A DNA stretch of 64,000 bases from the human T2T-CHM13v2.0 reference genome, Homo sapiens. A program made the position numbers and the translations under genes. The notes under the pieces are model-generated. The model was not told the DNA's origin. It ran no database searches and saw only the letters and a list, made by a program, of their open reading frames with translations. Below, in pieces: positions 57,601 through 64,000 of this stretch. Every line of letters starts with the position of its first letter. The first letter of the stretch is position 1. The stretch lies in assembly GCF_009914755.1 (NCBI RefSeq), contig NC_060934.1, one strand, 5' to 3'.

Positions 57601-58712
57601 CTACAGCCTGGGGTAACAAGTCATGCCAAGCTCTCTCTCTGCTACATCCCGAAGTTTGACACCCTGCGGGTCAGCCCCCGAGGGCCATCCAGCTTCCATC
57701 CCCCAACACTAAGTTCACTTTGTGTCTCTCATGACAGGGAGGAAACTTAGCATTCCTTGGAGACCGGAAGGGATGCAGTGAGCTTAAGAATTTTTAAGAG
57801 CTTACCAGTCAGTCAGCCCTTGTTCGTCCCCGAGCAGATTGTGGTGGTATTGTGGTAGACCTTTACTGGATACTCTGCCAAGTAACTGGAGTGGCACCTG
57901 TGCTTTAGTACAATTAGCTATCCCTTTCACCCTGGCATTTCATCAACCAGAGGAAGAAAAAATAGGACATTGTAAGCAAGAGAAGCCCCTTATGGGTCCT
58001 TCAACTCTCATGTCTATTTAGACGCAATTGGAGTCTCATGGGGAATACCAGATCAATTTAAAGCCTGAAATCAAATAGCTGCAGGATTTGAGTCAGTATT
58101 TTGGTAGGTGACAATAAAAATGTAGATTGGATACACTACATCTATTACAACCAACGGCGATTTATTAACTACACTACAGATGCTGTTAAAGGAATAGCTG
58201 AGCAATTAGGGGCTACTAGCCAGATAGCTTGGGAAAACAGGACAGCCTTAGACATGATATTAGCAGAAAGAGGAGGAGTTTGATTCATAATTAAAACTCA
58301 ATGTTGTACCTTCATCCCAAACACCACCGCCCCTGATGGAAATATAACAAAGGCATTGCAAGGTCTGACTGCTCTGTCTAATGAGTTAGCCAACAACTCA
58401 AGGGTAAATGACCCTTTTATAGAATGGCTAGAAAAGTGGTTCGGTAAATGGAAAGGAATAATAGCCTCAATTCTTACTTCCCTCGCAGCCGTAATGGGTG
58501 TACTTCTTCTTCTTGGGTGCTGTGTCATATCACGCATCCATGGGTTGGTACAGAGGCTCATAGAAATGGCACTTACTAAAATCTCCCTTAACTATCTCCA
58601 CCTTATCCAGAGAAGTTTCTCCTTTTGGAAAATCAAGCAGAACAACTAAGCCAAGACATGTTAAAGAAGTTTGAAGAGAAAGAGCTATAAGGAAAATGTG
58701 AGAAGAGGGAAT
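54609..58712 (+). mobile_element. 5'-truncated class I ERV internal region (HERV-I / HERVIP10F-like), decayed pol and env
   Basis: RT LLQYVDDLL (YVDD 54681-54692), FLGLVGYC, RNase H LFIDASS (~55580), integrase DSDNGTHF and SSGRVERMN (ORF 56410..56781), env immunosuppressive domain WENRTALDMILAERGG; many stops and frameshifts; PPT aagagggaa before the LTR. Confidence 0.9.
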
Positions 58713-59174
58713 TATTAGATATGAGTTCTAAATTTCTCTTCAAAGAATCAATATGTCAGTATGTTCAATTCTTGGCCTTCTACTTTTAAACTTAACTTCC
58801 TCGTAACCCAACCTTTATCGATCACCTGCTCCACCCTGACTCATTCTGATTACCTGCTCCTCCCTGACTCATTCTGATCTACCCTGGCTCCCGCCAAACC
58901 ACTCACCCTGTCATTCTCTTTAAATTAGCCAACCGGAATTAGTTTAGCCTGTGTGGTCTAACCCTAGCCAATAGGGGAATGACACAGCAGCAGGAGCCAT
59001 ATGCGTAAGGGATAAGAACCCCTTCCCCTCCCTTGTCCAAGTGTGAGCTTACCATTGCTCCATCTGTAAGGGCGTACCCTTCTACAGAAGTAAATCGCCT
59101 TGCTGAGAAGTAAAAAAGAAAATTGTATATTCGAGTGCTATTTCTTTTGCAGCACCAAAACCTTACTTATAACA
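58713..59174 (+). mobile_element. LTR10F-like 3' LTR
   Basis: Starts t(a)ttagatatgagttctaaatttctc directly after the PPT, ends ...ttataaca; carries the 28-bp TGACTCA repeat typical of LTR10A/F. Confidence 0.85.
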
Positions 59175-59294
59175 CAGTAAAGGCACACTTATAACCAGGA
59201 GGTGCCCTGCTCTGAGTCCTGAGTAACGAGCAGCAGCTAGGCAGGACCTTTGAGCTGAGAAGCCCAGCTCCATGGAGCCTCTTCTCTAAGCCTA

Positions 59295-59528
59295 TTTTTT
59301 TTTTTTTTTTTTTTTTGAGATGGAGTTTCACTTGTGTCACCCAAGCTGGAGTGCCGTGGCACCATCTCGGCTCACTGCAACCCCCGCCTCCTGGGTTCAA
59401 GCGATTCTGCTCCCTCAGCTTCCTGAGTGGCTAGGATTACAGGCACATGCCACCACACTCAGCTAATTTTTGTATTTCTAGTAGAGATGGGGGTTTCACC
59501 ATGTTGGCCAGACTGGTTTCAAATCCTG
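59295..59528 (-). mobile_element. AluS, 5'-truncated
   Basis: Poly(T), right arm and part of the left arm. Confidence 0.85.
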
Positions 59529-60247
59529 TAAGCCTTTCGGTTGTGGTAGGTGGCCCTTCCTGTCATTTCTCTGGCTCAGGGGAAAGGGCTGCTCCCTGCA
59601 CTCATCAGCTCTAGGTTGCCCCAGGGCTCTCCGTTGCTTACAGCCCCCCAACATCAATTCAACTAATTCCTTAGACTGTTGGTTTATATTCTCTCTCTCC
59701 GGCATAAATTTGTACTAAATTCTCTCTACTGAAATACCTTCTGGTTGTCTTTTAATCCTGTGGCCAGCTGAATTCCAGTAAAACACAGCTCACAACAGTT
59801 CCTTAAAGGCCCAGGCTACCTGAAAGCCCACAAGCTACCTGTTTTAAAAATGGAATAAGGTGCCCAAGCTCCGTATCAATGATCTTGTACCATGACGAAG
59901 AAACTATGGGCTGCATTTCAGCGCACTCACCCTCAATCATATGTCTTACATAGGACACATCTGTAAATGGTGAATCTGTCAACGGTAATGGTAATGTGTC
60001 ATCTCTGCATTCACCACTTCTAATATTCTCACTGAAGTACTAGATGATAATTATATAGACATTAAATTATGAAACTCCTACAAATATTCCAGACCTTTCT
60101 TAGAACAGGCTAGGATCACCAGAATGACCCCCAGACATACCTGGCGTGAGTGAAGTTTCTTTTATTCAAAATTAGAAAGGCATGAGATATATGCTAAGAA
60201 TTATTTCTAGTTTAAGAATACTCATATTTTAACTTTTTTATTACTAT

Positions 60248-60535
60248 TTTTTTTTTGAGACGGAGTCTCGCTCTGTCACCCAGGCTGGAGTGCAGTGGAG
60301 CGATCTCGGCTCACTGCAAGCTCTGCCTCCCGTTCATGCCATTCTCCTGCCTCAGCCTCCTGAGTAGCTGGGACTATAGGCGCCCGCCACCACATCCAGC
60401 TAATTTTTTGTATTTTTAGTAGAGACAGGGTTTCACCGTGTTAGCCAGGATGGTGTTGATCTCCTGACGTCGTGATCCACCCGCCTCAGCCTCCCAAAGT
60501 GCTGGGATTACATGCGTGAGCCACGTCGCCCGGCC
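60248..60535 (-). mobile_element. AluY
   Basis: gcaagctctgcc and accgtgttagccaggatgg diagnostics; TSD ctcatattttta. Confidence 0.9.
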
Positions 60536-60582
60536 TCATATTTTTATTCATTAAACGCTTTTTCACATAATATATAGTCCTG

Positions 60583-61071
60583 TGTGAATGCAAAATATCT
60601 GAACCAGGTTTCAGTCAATTTAGATAGTTTATTTTACCAAGGTTAAGAATGCGTCCATGACACAGCCTCAGAAAGTCCTGAGACATGTGCCCCAGGTGGT
60701 CGGGGGTACAGTTTGCTTTTATGCATTTTAGGGAGACATGAGACATCAATCAATATGTGTAAAATGTACACTGGTTCTCCGGTAAGGTGGAAGTGGGGCT
60801 TCCAGGTTAGGAGTAGCTAAGAGACAGAGGGTTGCATTCTTTTGAGTCTTGATCAGCCTTCCACTGAATACACAATTTAGTCTGCCTCAATAAATCTGCA
60901 TTTTTACATAAACAATAGGGGAGAGAAGGCAATCATATGTGCATTTGTCTCAGGTGAGCAGAGGGATAACTTTGAATAGAATGGGAAGCAGGTTTGCCCT
61001 AACCCGTTCCCAGCTTGACTTTTCCCTTTAGCTTAGTGATTTGGGGTCCCAAGATTTATTTTCCTTTCGCA
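60583..61071 (-). mobile_element. MER4A-family solo LTR
   Basis: Minus strand begins tgcgaaaggaaaataaatcttgggacccc and ends ttcaca; 4-bp TSD CCTG (60579-60582 / 61072-61075). Confidence 0.85.
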
Positions 61072-62228
61072 CCTGTAACTACACCTAGGGATCTCTGAAA
61101 CTGTATTACTTTGAGGTGGTGTGTAATTTAGGAACAATTTTGTGTTAAATGAGATTGACATGACTTCTGGAATAAGGGCATGGGGAGTTTTGCAGACGCT
61201 CTCGCCAGCGGCAAAAACAAAAACAACCCTTTGAAGCCTCTGGAAAATGTCCTAAGACCACACAGCAAATGAAGAAACATTTATTTAAGAAAATCAACCA
61301 CAGCTTAATAAGAACAGTGAGAATCTGTGCATTTGTGCCATGACCCGCTCTTTTCTCCCTTTTCCAACTACTTTCCACTTCTCCGAAGCTCACAATAAGA
61401 TCCACTTCATGTGGGTGCAGCCAAGAACACAAGACTCCCTCTCTCCTTAAGCTCCCAGTCAAGGAATGAAAGGACTGTGGTCTCTCCCTAAGAGGGACAG
61501 GCTTGTCAGCTTGTTTCATGTGCCCCAGTTCCACCTTGCACAGGCTATAATTCCAGATAAGAGCCAGAGAACTGGGGGCTATCTTCCTCCACCCAGCCCC
61601 CATTCATAGGTGGGAAGCTCTACCCAGGCACAGTAGGCTAAGAGTATTTAACCCCTGATTACCCTCACCCAAGAGCCAAGTGAAGAGGTTCCATCCCAGG
61701 AGAGGCAAGCCAAAAGACCAGAGGCTGCCACCCCAGCCCAGCATCAAGAGTCTGGCTCCAAGAGAAACAAACCACTGCCCTGCCCCCATCTCTGCAGCAG
61801 TGGCCCAGAGGTTTTACCCAAGATGCAGAAAGGAAGAACAGAGTTCTGAAGCTCTCCCCAAGTGAACTTGCTAGCAGGAGTAACTCTGTTTGGGTCTGCA
61901 GCAACCTCAATTCTTGCCCCCTCAGGAGAAAGAGTTCGACCAAGGGGCACAAGGCAGAGTGATCTTGGTTGAGGCAAATTTTAGAGCAGGAGTGAAAGTT
62001 TATTAGAAAGTTTAAAGCATAAATGAAAGAAAGTAAAGTACACTTGGAAGAGGGCCAACTGGGCGACTTGAGAGATCAAGTGCATGGTCTGACCTTCTGA
62101 CTTGGGGTTTTGTATGCTGACATACTTCTGGGGTCTGGCGTTACTTCTCCTGATTCTTCCCTTGGGGTGGGCTGCCAGCATGGACAGTGGCCTGCTCGCA
62201 CTTGGGAGGGGAGCGTGCACAGTGTGTT

Positions 62229-63075
<847 letters not shown>

Positions 63076-64000
63076 TAATTACTGGAGTTGTGTGCATTCT
63101 TGCTGAGGCGTTCTTCCCTTACCAGCCGAAAGTCCCTAGGAGGTCATATACCAGTTAAACTTCCAAGACCTTGCCTTCGTGTGCATGTGTGAGCCCACTC
63201 AGCCAACTCCTGAGATCTTATCAGAATGCTGATCACCAGTTTCATGTTTTTTCTGTCTTCTGGGAGACTACCTTTCCCTGGCACTGGCTGCAACCAATTA
63301 TTATTTTAGAAAGACAGTTAACAACTGCCTGACCGTCACCTGATGCTTGCCTGACATTCCCGGTTGTGGAGGCTCTCTCCTGCCCTGTTTATGTCTGACT
63401 AGCTACCTACTGTAACAAACTAACTTTATTTTGAACAGAAGGTGTGGAATTTTAAGCCTCAGCACACTCTTGAAAATAACGGAGATTGTGGTGGTGAGCA
63501 ATTAAGAGGAGGCTGGGAGCTCCATGAGAAGAATCCGCTAAACCAAAGACCGGAGAAGTTTATGAGAGAATCAAGGTATGAGACAGCGAGAAGAGCCTTC
63601 TGGGCTGGGAAAAACCTCAAAGACTATTCAGAAAGATTACCTATGCAAAGGATCTCATATTCATTGGATCAGATGGTGGGGCAACTTATGTCCCAGGGCA
63701 CTGTTGAAAAGAATAAAGCAATCAATCTGCAATTAGTGGAGGGTAACAGTGCTCTGTAATGCCAACTGAAGCACACAGTTTAACACAAAGAGCAGGGAAA
63801 GAGACAAAGTGAGCCCTGCGAAAACTAAAACCACTGTAATCCCAGGAGTACTATGCCCATGTCAAAAAAGCTGCTGAGGAGTGACATCTCAGCTGCACAT
63901 GCTGAAGGAATACAGTTTACTAAAATAGTGGAGCCATGACACTAAACAAATAAGCAAACTATCACAACAAGCCTGGGGAGGAGGTGAATTAGCATTCAAG

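Noticed and set aside
54896-58649. Functional or domesticated pol/env gene
   Set aside because: Broken into short ORFs by stops and frameshifts. The first Cys of the env CX6CC motif is TGA (58281-58283), and env appears internally deleted.

Overview
Human (primate) genomic DNA, by gene content chr10p12. It holds two convergent 3' gene ends. CACNB2 (+) contributes its last six coding exons (185-20966) and its 3' UTR. NSUN6 (-) contributes its last three coding exons (33235-27187), with a poly(A) signal at 26821-26826. Everything from 33236 to the window end is NSUN6 intron. That intron carries a ~20.7 kb HSat3-like (CATTC/CATTCTC) satellite (about 33868-54600) in three blocks with two spacer-less strand switches, so the pre-mRNA contains kilobase-scale inverted arms. 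The satellite joins directly into the RT domain of a 5'-truncated HERV-I (HERVIP10F/LTR10F) provirus. A MER4A solo LTR and a nested MER50 > MER41A > Alu stack follow. The most striking observation is that this satellite variant repeats CTCCA, the NSUN6 substrate consensus, hundreds of times inside NSUN6's own intron, and is also a dense TEAD (CATTCC) motif array. All repeat family names come from recall of consensus sequences, not from a search. Repeat boundaries are approximate unless a TSD is given.
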